A stretch of 64,000 nucleotides of DNA from Candidatus Aenigmatarchaeota archaeon (GTDB lineage Archaea > Aenigmatarchaeota > Aenigmatarchaeia > GW2011-AR5). Shown here one piece after another: positions 19,929 to 29,837 of the stretch (positions within the stretch are counted from its first letter, which is position 1; the number at the start of each line of letters is the position of its first letter). The notes under the pieces are model-generated. The model ran no database searches. It had not been told where the DNA came from and was given only the letters and a program-made list of their open reading frames with translations. The DNA lies in assembly GCA_026397375.1 (NCBI GenBank), contig JAPLUZ010000022.1:24234-88233 (forward strand), given 5' to 3'. The translations under genes and the position numbers were made by a program.

Positions 19929-20677
19929 TATTCCTTCTTGGTCACAGAGGATTTGTTGGTAGCGCCATAGCAAAATATCTGGGAAAAAATAATGTAGATT
20001 TCACGGGCATAGACAGAGAGAACTATAATAGCTTTGCCGGCAAGAAGTGCGACATTTTTATAAATGCCGGCGGGTCTTCAAAGAAAAGGCTTGCTGATCA
20101 GGACCCAAAGAAAGATTTTGAGCTTAATGTTTTGTCGACGCTTAACACGGTCTTGGACTTCAAGTTCAAAAAATATATACTTGTATCTTCTGTGGAAGTC
20201 TACAACGACGTTTTCAATCCTATAAACAACAAAGAAGACAAAGAAATAGATCCAAACAAACTTAGCAACTATGGCTTCAGCAAGTGGCTGTGCGAGCAGA
20301 TTGTTAAGAAGAACTGCAAAAACTGGCTAATCTTCCGCCTGGGTGGCATGGTTGGCTCCGGCATTAAGAAGAATGCCATATTTGATCTTATGAATTCAGG
20401 ATCTTTGTTTGTTAGCCCCAAGTCAGAATACCAGTACATAAATACGGATGATGTGGCACGTTTTATTTATCTGCTGAGAAACAGAAAAAATGAAATATTT
20501 AACCTGTGCGGTTCAGGAACGATAACGCTGGAAGATGTGGCAAAACACATGGGAAAAAATCTTAACAGGAATCTGTACAAGCTTAGAAAAGAAATTTACA
20601 ACATAAATATAATGAAAATTAAAAAAATAGGAAAAATACCTGAAACAAAAGAAACTATATTCAAATTTGTTGATTGA
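19925..20677 (+). CDS. NAD-dependent epimerase/dehydratase (SDR)
   Basis: GHRGFVG and YGFSK motifs. Confidence 0.85.
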   Translation: MIFLLGHRGFVGSAIAKYLGKNNVDFTGIDRENYNSFAGKKCDIFINAGGSSKKRLADQDPKKDFELNVLSTLNTVLDFKFKKYILVSSVEVYNDVFNPINNKEDKEIDPNKLSNYGFSKWLCEQIVKKNCKNWLIFRLGGMVGSGIKKNAIFDLMNSGSLFVSPKSEYQYINTDDVARFIYLLRNRKNEIFNLCGSGTITLEDVAKHMGKNLNRNLYKLRKEIYNINIMKIKKIGKIPETKETIFKFVD

Positions 20678-20682
20678 TAAAT

Positions 20683-21189
20683 ATGACTCTAAAACTGCAT
20701 GTGGGCTGCGGAACTAAAAAACTTGAGGGCTATGTAAATTGCGATATAGCAAAAGATGTCAATCCCGATGTGGTAGTAGATATATGCGCCCTTTCTAAAA
20801 AATTCAAGAAGAAAAGCGTGGACGAAATATTAACAGAGCACATGCTGGAACATGTAGATGATTTTGTAAAGGCTATGAAGGAGATACACGCCGTATTGAA
20901 GAAAGGCGGAAAAGCCCACATAGTTGTCCCCTACGCGACAATACCGAGTGCTTTTCACCCTCATCATAAGTGGTATTTCACAAAAGAGAGCTTTTCACCG
21001 TTTCACAAGGATAATTCCCTGCGATACTACTATGATTTTCATTTTTCATCGGTAAAAACAAAGATAGTTTTTAGCAGACAGATGTTCTTCATGACAAAAC
21101 TTGCAAACAAGATGACCTGGCTTTATGAAAACTCCGGATTGGCCTGGTTGTTTCCGGCAAAAGAATTGCACGTAGAACTTACAAAATAA
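20683..21189 (+). CDS. Class I SAM-dependent methyltransferase
   Basis: LHVGCG, HMLEHV and LKKGG motifs. Confidence 0.85.
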   Translation: MTLKLHVGCGTKKLEGYVNCDIAKDVNPDVVVDICALSKKFKKKSVDEILTEHMLEHVDDFVKAMKEIHAVLKKGGKAHIVVPYATIPSAFHPHHKWYFTKESFSPFHKDNSLRYYYDFHFSSVKTKIVFSRQMFFMTKLANKMTWLYENSGLAWLFPAKELHVELTK

Positions 21190-21191
21190 GA

Positions 21192-22136
21192 CTATAGTCT
21201 TATTCCATTGGGATAGTTATTTTCGAACCATCTTATTGTTTTTTCCAAACCATCTTTCAGAAAAGTTGAACATTCAAAATTTAGCAGACTCTTCATTCTT
21301 CCGGTATCAAATATTTTTCTCATCTGGCCATCAGGCTTGGTCGTATCCCACACTATTTTTCCCCCATAGCCTATCAGATTCGATATAGTCTCTACCAGTT
21401 CTCTTATCGATGTCTCTGTACCAGATGATATATTTATCAATTCGTTTCCATCGTAGGTCTCCGTTGCTTTTATTATGGCTTCAGCAACATCTTCGACATA
21501 AACAAAGTCTCTTGTTGGAGTTCCTGACCCCCATACAACAACCTCTGGCAGGTCATTCATTTTAGCCTCGTAAAACCTTCTTATTAGCCCTGGTATGACA
21601 TGAGAATAATTGGGATGAAAGTTGTCGTGAGGGCCGTACATGTTGCCGGGCACAAGGGTTATGGCGTTAAGATTATACTGATTTCTATAGGCATTGGCCT
21701 GCACAAAGCCCATAGCCTTCGCCAGTGAGTAGGGTGCACTTTCATTTTGCGGATAGCCCTCAAACAGACTGTTTTCTGCTATCGGGCTTTTGGCTTTTGC
21801 AGGATAGCTGCAGCCACCTATGCAGGTTACAAATTTTTTTACACCATGTTTCGAGGCTTCATGAATAGTAGACGTGTTTATTACAAGGTTTCTATAGGAA
21901 AAATCAGCCGGATACATTTTATTTGCAAGTATTCCTCCAACGTAGGCTGCCAGATGAATAACTATGTTTGGCTCGATATCTGAAAACATTTTTCTTACTT
22001 CTTTTTGTTCTGTCAGGTCATAGTCTTTTGACGAAACAGCCACTATATTTTTGTAGCCAGATGATTCCATATGTTTTACAAGGTTTGTACCAAGGAAGCC
22101 AGTCGACCCGGTTACAAGAATTTTATCATTTTTCAT
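21192..22136 (-). CDS. fcl: GDP-L-fucose synthase-family epimerase/reductase
   Basis: HLAAYVGGI, CSYP, YSLAK, NMYGPHDNF, SHVIP, WGSGTPTRDF and KPDGQ motifs. Confidence 0.88.
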   Translation of the reverse strand: MKNDKILVTGSTGFLGTNLVKHMESSGYKNIVAVSSKDYDLTEQKEVRKMFSDIEPNIVIHLAAYVGGILANKMYPADFSYRNLVINTSTIHEASKHGVKKFVTCIGGCSYPAKAKSPIAENSLFEGYPQNESAPYSLAKAMGFVQANAYRNQYNLNAITLVPGNMYGPHDNFHPNYSHVIPGLIRRFYEAKMNDLPEVVVWGSGTPTRDFVYVEDVAEAIIKATETYDGNELINISSGTETSIRELVETISNLIGYGGKIVWDTTKPDGQMRKIFDTGRMKSLLNFECSTFLKDGLEKTIRWFENNYPNGIRL

Positions 22137-22141
22137 AACAA

Positions 22142-23089
22142 TCAGAAATTTGTGTAATGCCTATCATACAGCATTGCATAACCTTTTATGAGTTCTTCTA
22201 TTCCATCCTCAAGGGAATACTGGCAGCGGAACCCCTTGGCCATTATTTTTTTGTTGGAAACTATGTAATTTCTTTTGTCAGGATCTTTGCCAATCTCGGA
22301 TTCCTGTATGTGGAAGTCTTTTCCATGCTTTTTGAGAATTTCCTTGATTTTCCACGACAGTTCTTCCTTTGAAAGATTGGCGTCTTCCAGACCAACATTA
22401 TATGGTTCATTTTTCATGGCATCAAAGTTTTCTATGCAAAATTCAAAGCATCGGGCAGCGTCCCTTACATGTAAATAATTTCTTTTGAAATGCTTCTCAA
22501 ACAAAACAATATAGCCATCTCTTATGGCCTTATAAACAAAGTTATTCACGAGGAGGTCGAGGCGCATTCTTGGAGAGAAACCGAAGCAGGTGGCAAATCT
22601 CAAGGTTATTACATTGTTACTTTTCAAAAGCTCCCTTTCTGCCTCAACCTTTGTTACGCCATAGACTGATATGGGTTCCAGAGGTGTCTCTTCGGTACAA
22701 AATACGTCACCGGTTTTTGTTCCGTAGCCGCTGTTGGTCGTAGGAAAAATTATTTTTTGATTTTCCTCTCGAAGCCGATTTATCAAAGCTATTGCCTGGT
22801 AATTTATCGCATTAGTTGTTTCAGGATGTTTCTCCGATGCGCCGGCACCGACAATAGCCGCAAGGGGTATAATGAAATCAAATTTTGGCAGTATAGACCT
22901 CAGAAGCTTTTCTTCCCTTACATCGCCATAGATGAAATGAAAGTTCTTTTTATGAAATAGATGCAGTAACGAGTTCTGGTTATACATTAGATTATCAAGA
23001 ACAGTTACATCATGACCCTCGTTAACTAACAGCTCGGATAGCACTGAACCTAAATAGCCCGCGCCGCCGGTTATTAATATGTTTTTCAT
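22142..23089 (-). CDS. SDR enzyme resembling GDP-D-glycero-D-manno-heptose 4-dehydrogenase (Cj1427/WcaG-like)
   Basis: IIPLAAIVGA, PTTNSGYG, CTEETPLEPISVYG, SPRMRLDLLVN, VLFEKHFKRNY and DPDKRNYIVSN match my recollection of Cj1427. Confidence 0.75.
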   Translation of the reverse strand: MKNILITGGAGYLGSVLSELLVNEGHDVTVLDNLMYNQNSLLHLFHKKNFHFIYGDVREEKLLRSILPKFDFIIPLAAIVGAGASEKHPETTNAINYQAIALINRLREENQKIIFPTTNSGYGTKTGDVFCTEETPLEPISVYGVTKVEAERELLKSNNVITLRFATCFGFSPRMRLDLLVNNFVYKAIRDGYIVLFEKHFKRNYLHVRDAARCFEFCIENFDAMKNEPYNVGLEDANLSKEELSWKIKEILKKHGKDFHIQESEIGKDPDKRNYIVSNKKIMAKGFRCQYSLEDGIEELIKGYAMLYDRHYTNF

Positions 23090-23247
23090 GAGCTAACTGT
23101 AAAGATAAAAAATATTAAAGCCTTGATTAGGGCATTATTTTAAGCAATTTTGCTGCTTTTTTGACGTTATTCACAATGATATCCTGACCATAAAAAAGGT
23201 TTTATTTGTTTATCTTTCTATCTTAGATGTAATTATGAGACGATGAG

Positions 23248-24765
23248 ATGAAATACGCAGAAAGAATCGCTAAAAATACCTTTGCGGTCTTAATACTTGG
23301 ATTGCTCGGCACGCTTCTCGGATACGGTTTAAGGGTGTACCTAGCCCATAATCTGAGCATTGTCGAATTTGGAATGATATATTCAGTTCTTGGCTTTCTT
23401 TATTTCCTAAGTACATTCAAAGATCTCGGATTAGGTCAAACAGTGACAAAATTTGCCGCAGAGTTCAGAATTAAAAATGAAAAAACCAACTTAAAATCAC
23501 TAATATCTTTCTCGTTCCTAATACAACTGGTTGCAGGGATTATTATATTTTGTATTTTGTACACATTTTCCGACTTTATGGCAATGAATTTTTTTCACAA
23601 CCCATCAGCGGGCATCCTTGTAAAAATACTGAGCATAGATTTCCTGATAGGATTTACCGTATTCCGAGCTGTTCTGCAAGGATTCCAAAAGATGAAAATT
23701 TATGCGCTTCTGGAACCTGTAAGAATAGTACTGATTTTCCTGATTTTCTTCTATATCACCATATTTACAACCCTGGGTGCCAAAGAAGTTGCACTGAGCT
23801 ATCTTTTGTCAGCAGCTGTCATAGATACAGCGCTGTTTATTTACATTTTCAAGATTTACAGGTCTTATAAAACAGAAAAAATAACAACAAACATAGTTAC
23901 AAGGCTGGTCAGATTTAGTGCCACTCTTTTTACAGGGTCCATAGCAAGCATTACAGTATCGTCCATAGACGTAATCATGATAACTTTCTTCCTGTCGTTA
24001 AAGGATGTGGCTCTCTATCAGGCAGCCATGCCCACGGCCTACCTGCTTTCCATATTTTCCACGGCATTGGGAATATCCCTTTTGCCATCGGTTTCAGAAA
24101 TATGGAATTCAAGAAAAAAGAATATGCTTGGCAAGGGTATATCCCTTGTGCTCAGGGCACTTTTCATTTTCATAATACCCTTTGTAATAATTTTTGTAAC
24201 GTTTCCAGAGCTCATTTTGAATATTATTTTCGGCGGCGCCTATACGGCTGCTGCAAGTCTTCTGCAGATTTTTGCAATATCTCTGATATTTTATAGTATG
24301 TATGGTACAATGTCTACTGTTCTGGTAAGCATTGGACGCGCAGGCACGGCAACAAAAATAATAATAGTAACAGCGGTGATTAGTGCCCTGCTTAATGTCA
24401 TTTTAATCAATACAATCGGAGTAATTGGTGCTGCCCTGTCTTCGCTAATTTCATATTTGGCGGCTTCTATCATGGCCTATAGATCGCTGAATAAATATGT
24501 AAACCTTAAGTTTGATTTTAAGTCCCTGCTAAAGGCGTTCATTGGCGGAACAATAGCCGTAGCGATAATTTTTATAATAAAAAATATCCTGATAATGAGC
24601 CCGGTCCTGGAAGCTGTAATCAGCCTTGTTTTCGGGATTGCGTTCTACGCAGCATTTATAATTATATTTAAGGTTGTCAAGAAATCTGATATAAGAATAC
24701 TTAAGGAGATTGACATGAAGATACCTTCATTCATCCTGAGGATTTTGAAAAGGGTTGTAGAATGA
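23248..24765 (+). CDS. Wzx/AglR-type oligosaccharide flippase
   Basis: About 14 TMs; DLGL, D..MI..F and LLPSVS motifs of the MOP superfamily. Confidence 0.9.
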   Translation: MKYAERIAKNTFAVLILGLLGTLLGYGLRVYLAHNLSIVEFGMIYSVLGFLYFLSTFKDLGLGQTVTKFAAEFRIKNEKTNLKSLISFSFLIQLVAGIIIFCILYTFSDFMAMNFFHNPSAGILVKILSIDFLIGFTVFRAVLQGFQKMKIYALLEPVRIVLIFLIFFYITIFTTLGAKEVALSYLLSAAVIDTALFIYIFKIYRSYKTEKITTNIVTRLVRFSATLFTGSIASITVSSIDVIMITFFLSLKDVALYQAAMPTAYLLSIFSTALGISLLPSVSEIWNSRKKNMLGKGISLVLRALFIFIIPFVIIFVTFPELILNIIFGGAYTAAASLLQIFAISLIFYSMYGTMSTVLVSIGRAGTATKIIIVTAVISALLNVILINTIGVIGAALSSLISYLAASIMAYRSLNKYVNLKFDFKSLLKAFIGGTIAVAIIFIIKNILIMSPVLEAVISLVFGIAFYAAFIIIFKVVKKSDIRILKEIDMKIPSFILRILKRVVE

Positions 24766-25742
24766 AAAAAGCATTGATAACAGGTGCAGACGGTTTTATA
24801 GGATCGCATCTTGCAGACATACTTCTATCGAAAGGGCTGGAGGTAATATGCCTTGTACATAAAAAAGGCCTAATTAAAAATATAGCCCACATAAAAAATA
24901 AAGTAAAAATTATCGATTGCGATGTTACAAACAAAAAAAGGATTGAAGATATTATAAAAAACACAAAGCCTGACTACATATTCCACTTAGCAGCGCAGAG
25001 TTTTGTTATGCCATCATGGAAAGACCCAGAATTAACGTTCAAAACAAACATATTCGGAACATTTTATCTTCTTGAAGCTGTTAGAAAAGCTGGAATAGCC
25101 CCAATTATTGTGGTTGCCTGCTCTTCTGCGGAATACGGACTTAACTATGAACATGAAATACCTATAAAGGAAACAAAAGAGTTCCGACCGTCTTCTCCAT
25201 ATGCCGTAAGCAAGATAGGCACCGACATGATTTCCTACCTCTATTGGCAAACTTACAAAATGAAGATAATAAGAATGCGCTTCTTCAACATAACAGGACC
25301 CAGAAAAACTAACGACGCGTGCTCTGATTTTGCTAAAATGATAGCAAAAGTAGAAAAAAGCGATAAAAGTATAATAGAGGTTGGATACCTTGGCGGCATA
25401 CGTGACTATACAGATGTAAGGGATGCTGTTAATGCCGTATGGCTTCTTGCGGCAAAAGGCAAGTATGGCGAGGCTTATAACATATGCACAGGCAATAGAT
25501 ACAAAGTAGAAGACCTGCTTAAAAAACTTCTTTCCATCTCAAACAAGAAAATAGAAATAAAGAAGGACCCAAAAAAATACAGACCACTGGAAGATCCGAT
25601 TTTTGTCGGCGATAATACAAAAATTAGAAGCCTTGGCTGGATCCCAATGATACCTATAGAGAAGACACTCGGAGATATGCTTGCATACTGGAGAGAGAGA
25701 ATGTATAGGTTTAAACGTAGTTATAGTGCTACAAGGAAATGA
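24762..25742 (+). CDS. GDP-sugar dehydratase/reductase (Gmd/Rmd family)
   Basis: HLAAQSFV, SSAEYG, SPYAVSK and RDYTDVRD motifs. The dehydratase Glu position reads Ala, so it is Rmd-like. Confidence 0.8.
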   Translation: MKKALITGADGFIGSHLADILLSKGLEVICLVHKKGLIKNIAHIKNKVKIIDCDVTNKKRIEDIIKNTKPDYIFHLAAQSFVMPSWKDPELTFKTNIFGTFYLLEAVRKAGIAPIIVVACSSAEYGLNYEHEIPIKETKEFRPSSPYAVSKIGTDMISYLYWQTYKMKIIRMRFFNITGPRKTNDACSDFAKMIAKVEKSDKSIIEVGYLGGIRDYTDVRDAVNAVWLLAAKGKYGEAYNICTGNRYKVEDLLKKLLSISNKKIEIKKDPKKYRPLEDPIFVGDNTKIRSLGWIPMIPIEKTLGDMLAYWRERMYRFKRSYSATRK

Positions 25743-25850
25743 ACAGGATATAATTTACTTGTGCACTATATGCGAAACCATAAAGCATGATTACGACTTT
25801 ATGGATTCACTATAAATACATTTCTATTTTTATTGTTCTAGGCGAAACTT

Positions 25851-26795
25851 ATGAGGGCAATGGTTACCGGCGGGGCAGGATGTATCGGATCCGAGCTAGT
25901 TGAAAGACTGCTGAAAGAAGGACACGAGGTAGTAGTCTATGACAATTTCTCTACAGGCAAAGAGGAGCATATTGAGGCCTTTAGCAGCAATAAAAAATTA
26001 CATATAATTAATGGAGACATTCTTGATCTTGAAAAACTTACTGCATCCATGAACAACATAGATGTTATTTTTCATCTTGCAGCATACTCTACAACAAAAT
26101 TTCAGGAAGGCGATCCTACAGACACAGCATTGAAAAACAACATAATAGGCACATATAACGTACTGGAAGCTATGCGTATCAACGAAGTAAAAAACATAAT
26201 TTTTACGTCGTCACAGGCAGTATACGGAGAGGGCAAGAAAGCCTTTTCGGAGGAATCCCAGCTAAACCCAATATCGTTTTACGGGGCCTCGAAAGCGGCA
26301 GGGGAACAATTCATAAGAGGGTTCTGCAGCTCTTACGGCATGAGGTCATGGATATTTCGCTTTGCGAACGTTGTCGGCGGCAAAAGCAGAAAGTCCGGCG
26401 GAAACGTCATAACAGACTTCGTCGCAAAATTAAGAAAGAACCCTGCGGAGCTGGAGGTACTTGGAGACGGCACACAGGAAAAGTCCTATCTTACTATTGA
26501 CGATTGCGTAGACGCAATACTTTTCTGCTTTGCAAAATCAAAGGAGAATGTAAACGTTTTCAACATAGCCAGCACGGACACGATAAAAGTCGCGGATATA
26601 GCAAGCATAGTGATTGCGGAGATGAAACTCAAAGCCGCGATAAGATACACCGGCGGCGACCGCGGGTGGAAGGGCGACGTGCCGTACACGAGACTGGATA
26701 CGTCAAAGATAACAAAGCTAGGATGGAAGGCGAGATTCAGCTCTGGCGATTCTATTAGGCTAGCTGCAAGGGCTTCCGCTAAAAACGTTTTTTAA
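25851..26795 (+). CDS. UDP-glucose 4-epimerase-like SDR
   Basis: GGAGCIG, YGASK, RFANVVG, LGDGTQEKSY and GWKGDV motifs. Confidence 0.85.
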   Translation: MRAMVTGGAGCIGSELVERLLKEGHEVVVYDNFSTGKEEHIEAFSSNKKLHIINGDILDLEKLTASMNNIDVIFHLAAYSTTKFQEGDPTDTALKNNIIGTYNVLEAMRINEVKNIIFTSSQAVYGEGKKAFSEESQLNPISFYGASKAAGEQFIRGFCSSYGMRSWIFRFANVVGGKSRKSGGNVITDFVAKLRKNPAELEVLGDGTQEKSYLTIDDCVDAILFCFAKSKENVNVFNIASTDTIKVADIASIVIAEMKLKAAIRYTGGDRGWKGDVPYTRLDTSKITKLGWKARFSSGDSIRLAARASAKNVF

Positions 26796-26823
26796 CCTTT
26801 TTTCTCGCTAGAACATAGAATAT

Positions 26824-27819
26824 TTAAAAAACTTTTAATTTTTTTATCATTTTAGGAAGAACAGGTAGTATTTTTCTTGGTATAAAGAACAAAGGAAAAA
26901 TGTAAAACCAGAAATTCGGATATTTCCAATGAAGTTTGAAAAGAAATAACATTCTTCTTAAATTTAATCTTCCTTTAAGTTTTGTATCGTATACCTCACA
27001 TTTCATGGAATATGAAATATAGTTGTTTACAAATTTGTATATCGCAATTGATCCATAATAATGTTTTACATCTAATAAAATTTTATGGAACCATATAATA
27101 TTTATGTCAAAAGAATCTAAATTATCAACTTCTTTATCAGCCCCTTTTTTATTTTCGTTGTATCTAGTTGTGTTAAAATATTGTGTTACAAGTATTTTAT
27201 CAGATGACAGAGCAGATTTGTTAATTCCGCACGCAGAAAGAACAATAAAATAATGAACTATTCCACTACCAATATAATTTTTTGTTTTGATAAATATTTT
27301 TTTTATAAGGTCCCTTCTAATTATGTTTATAGATACAAAGACAAGATAATGAGCTACTTTACCTAAAAATTCATTTGACGTAAGCTTTTCGGTACTGTTT
27401 ATATCTATTATTTTTTTATTAAAAACTTTACCGGTTTTGAAATTCTTTATTTTATAATTGACAGTGATGATACCGACTTTATTATTATTTTCTATCAATT
27501 TCTTTACATAATCTATAGCATCGTTATTCATTACATCATCATCACCAAAAAGCCATATGTACTTGCCTTTAGCCTTTTTAATGCCTGATAAAATATTTTT
27601 ATCAAATTCCAAATTTTTCCCATTTCTGAAATATCTAACGAAAGGATATTTTTTTGCGTATCCCTTACAGAGCAACATTGTATTGTCTTTTGAGGCGTTA
27701 TCAGAAATTAATATTTCTATACCTTTCGGATTTTGTGATACTATGCTATCTAAAGCCATTTTAAGATGATAGGATCTGTTATAAGTTGGTATAACAATAG
27801 AAATTTCTGGAGCTCTCAT
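26824..27819 (-). CDS. Glycosyltransferase family 2 (RfbV/abequosyltransferase-like)
   Basis: IPTYNR, ISDNASKD and WLFGDDD motifs; visibly very AT-rich. Confidence 0.85.
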   Translation of the reverse strand: MRAPEISIVIPTYNRSYHLKMALDSIVSQNPKGIEILISDNASKDNTMLLCKGYAKKYPFVRYFRNGKNLEFDKNILSGIKKAKGKYIWLFGDDDVMNNDAIDYVKKLIENNNKVGIITVNYKIKNFKTGKVFNKKIIDINSTEKLTSNEFLGKVAHYLVFVSINIIRRDLIKKIFIKTKNYIGSGIVHYFIVLSACGINKSALSSDKILVTQYFNTTRYNENKKGADKEVDNLDSFDINIIWFHKILLDVKHYYGSIAIYKFVNNYISYSMKCEVYDTKLKGRLNLRRMLFLFKLHWKYPNFWFYIFPLFFIPRKILPVLPKMIKKLKVF

Positions 27820-28030
27820 TAAGATGCACTTTAACGATATCTGTAACTTAACCGCTAGATCGCGTTCTTTATTACAATTGATAGAAATGTTTTTTAAGGT
27901 TATAAAATATGAAAATGAGTAAAATATAATCCAATAAAAAAGTGTCTTTTAGTACGAATAAAATATCGAGAAATTTCTCAGAAAAAAGAAATTTAAGAGT
28001 ATTTAAAAATTATATAGTAAAGTCAATAGA

Positions 28031-29023
28031 ATGAAGCATCCACTGGTTAGTTTTGTGATAATAGCTCTGAATGAAGAGAAAAACATAGGAAAATTAATCA
28101 AATCTATAAAAAACAACACTTACAAGGAAGTAGAAATAGTAGTCGTCGACGGCGGGTCGAAGGACAAAACAGTACAAATAGCAAGAAAGATGGGGGCAAG
28201 AATAATAAAAGAGATTGGAAATAAGGGGCCCGGAAATGCAAAAAACCAAGGGGTTTCTGCGGCAAAGGGTAAAATAGTAATACGAATAGATGCCGACTTA
28301 AAAGGCATAAACAAAAAGTTTATCGAAAATATAGTAAAAAGATTTAGTGAAAATGGAGTTATTGCTGTAGCACCAAGAAAACATGAAGCGCTATCGACAT
28401 TTTGGGAAAAAAGTATATACGAAAACCGGCAACTTACCCATTTTATATTTAATGCTATTAGAGGCAGATTTCAAACAATAGATAAGAAAACAGAATCATG
28501 GTACTTGTACCCGATTGCTATGTTAAGAAAAACATTTTTTGAGGTAGGTGGATATGATAATGTGGGGTTCGAAGATCGTTTATTTCTCAAAAAATTTGAC
28601 AAATACTGTAAAGAAAATAGCGTAAAATGTGTTCACGAATCTAAAAGTATAATGTATATGTCTCATCCTCAAACTCTTGACGAAATACTTAAACAATACG
28701 AGTGGTATTCCAGGGGTGCTATACAATACTTTCAACTGACTGGCGACAAGAAGGAATTTTTGCTTTTCTTGATTCTGCTTTCCCAGCCATTATTGATAGC
28801 AAGTGTATTTATGATTAATTTTCATATTTTATTCAAAGTTTTATCTGCTTTATATCTGATAAAAATTATTTTTCTGACTTTGTATTTTGTTATTTACAGA
28901 AAATTCCACGTTGTTGTCACACCTATACTTGATTTTTTTGGTGGGGTGTGGAAGTACTATGGCTTAATAAGGCTCGCAAAGATGAAAATTAAAAAATCCG
29001 ACAGAATATACTCTAGAGGCTGA
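28031..29023 (+). CDS. Glycosyltransferase family 2
   Basis: VVDGGSKDKT, IDAD and GGYD...ED motifs; C-terminal TMs. Confidence 0.88.
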   Translation: MKHPLVSFVIIALNEEKNIGKLIKSIKNNTYKEVEIVVVDGGSKDKTVQIARKMGARIIKEIGNKGPGNAKNQGVSAAKGKIVIRIDADLKGINKKFIENIVKRFSENGVIAVAPRKHEALSTFWEKSIYENRQLTHFIFNAIRGRFQTIDKKTESWYLYPIAMLRKTFFEVGGYDNVGFEDRLFLKKFDKYCKENSVKCVHESKSIMYMSHPQTLDEILKQYEWYSRGAIQYFQLTGDKKEFLLFLILLSQPLLIASVFMINFHILFKVLSALYLIKIIFLTLYFVIYRKFHVVVTPILDFFGGVWKYYGLIRLAKMKIKKSDRIYSRG

Positions 29024-29044
29024 CTGTATGACTGTATGACTGTA
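29021..29044 (+). repeat. Tandem repeat (TGACTGTA) x3
   Basis: Three perfect 8-bp units beginning at the GT2 stop codon. Confidence 0.9.
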
Positions 29045-29077
29045 ATATGGTAGATCAAAATTTTATAGGGGGATATA

Positions 29078-29785
29078 GTGGACCAAAAAAAATATTACAA
29101 CGACCTGTCGAAGGGAAAGATAAAGGTAAGAGACATAGACATAAAATTCACCTCAAAATGGCTTGAAAAAAGCGTGATAAACTTCGCAGACCTTGGTAAG
29201 GACCTAAAAGTTCTGGACGCAGGGTGCGGAAGGGGGAGGCTTGAGGACAAGCTGGTTGGAAAATGCGACATAATAGGAGTAGATATATCAGCAGGGGAGA
29301 TAACTAGGGCTAAAACTGGTAAATTCCTTGTTTCGGATGTGACACAGCTGCCATTCGATTCAAACGTATTCGACAGAATAATATCCATGGAGGTTGTAGA
29401 GCACCTTCCATCCAAAGATAAAGTCAGGCATTTTTTTGAAGAATCGTACAGGATACTAAAGCCTGGCGGCGTGCTGAGCTTGTCTACCCCAAACGTGAAT
29501 AACCTCGTGTTCTTTTTTACACATATTGTAAAGGGAAAAAGAAATCCCAACCCAGTATTGCACCCTACCATGCTTACAAAGAAATATTTAGTAAAGACGG
29601 CGAAAGAGGCAGGATTTAACATAAAAATATTCAAAACGTACCTTTTCCCTATACCCGTTCCAAGATACGAGTATATATTTCCGACATATTTGATGAAGAT
29701 TCTAAATAAAATTGGTGAACTGCCAGGATTTGGTAGTGTATCTTTCGGATTTGTAATGAAAGCGGAAAAGCGCAATGAGCCTTGA
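29078..29785 (+). CDS. Class I SAM-dependent methyltransferase
   Basis: VLDAGCGRG, GVDIS, EVVEHL, RILKPGG and STPN motifs. Confidence 0.9.
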   Translation: MDQKKYYNDLSKGKIKVRDIDIKFTSKWLEKSVINFADLGKDLKVLDAGCGRGRLEDKLVGKCDIIGVDISAGEITRAKTGKFLVSDVTQLPFDSNVFDRIISMEVVEHLPSKDKVRHFFEESYRILKPGGVLSLSTPNVNNLVFFFTHIVKGKRNPNPVLHPTMLTKKYLVKTAKEAGFNIKIFKTYLFPIPVPRYEYIFPTYLMKILNKIGELPGFGSVSFGFVMKAEKRNEP

Positions 29786-29837
29786 CGAAAGTCTTGTTCT
29801 CAAGGCACGCAAAATATAATGCTTTTTAAACGCATGC

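Noticed and set aside
29021-29044. Possible CRISPR remnant
   Set aside because: The units are 8 bp with no spacers, and there are no cas genes in the window.
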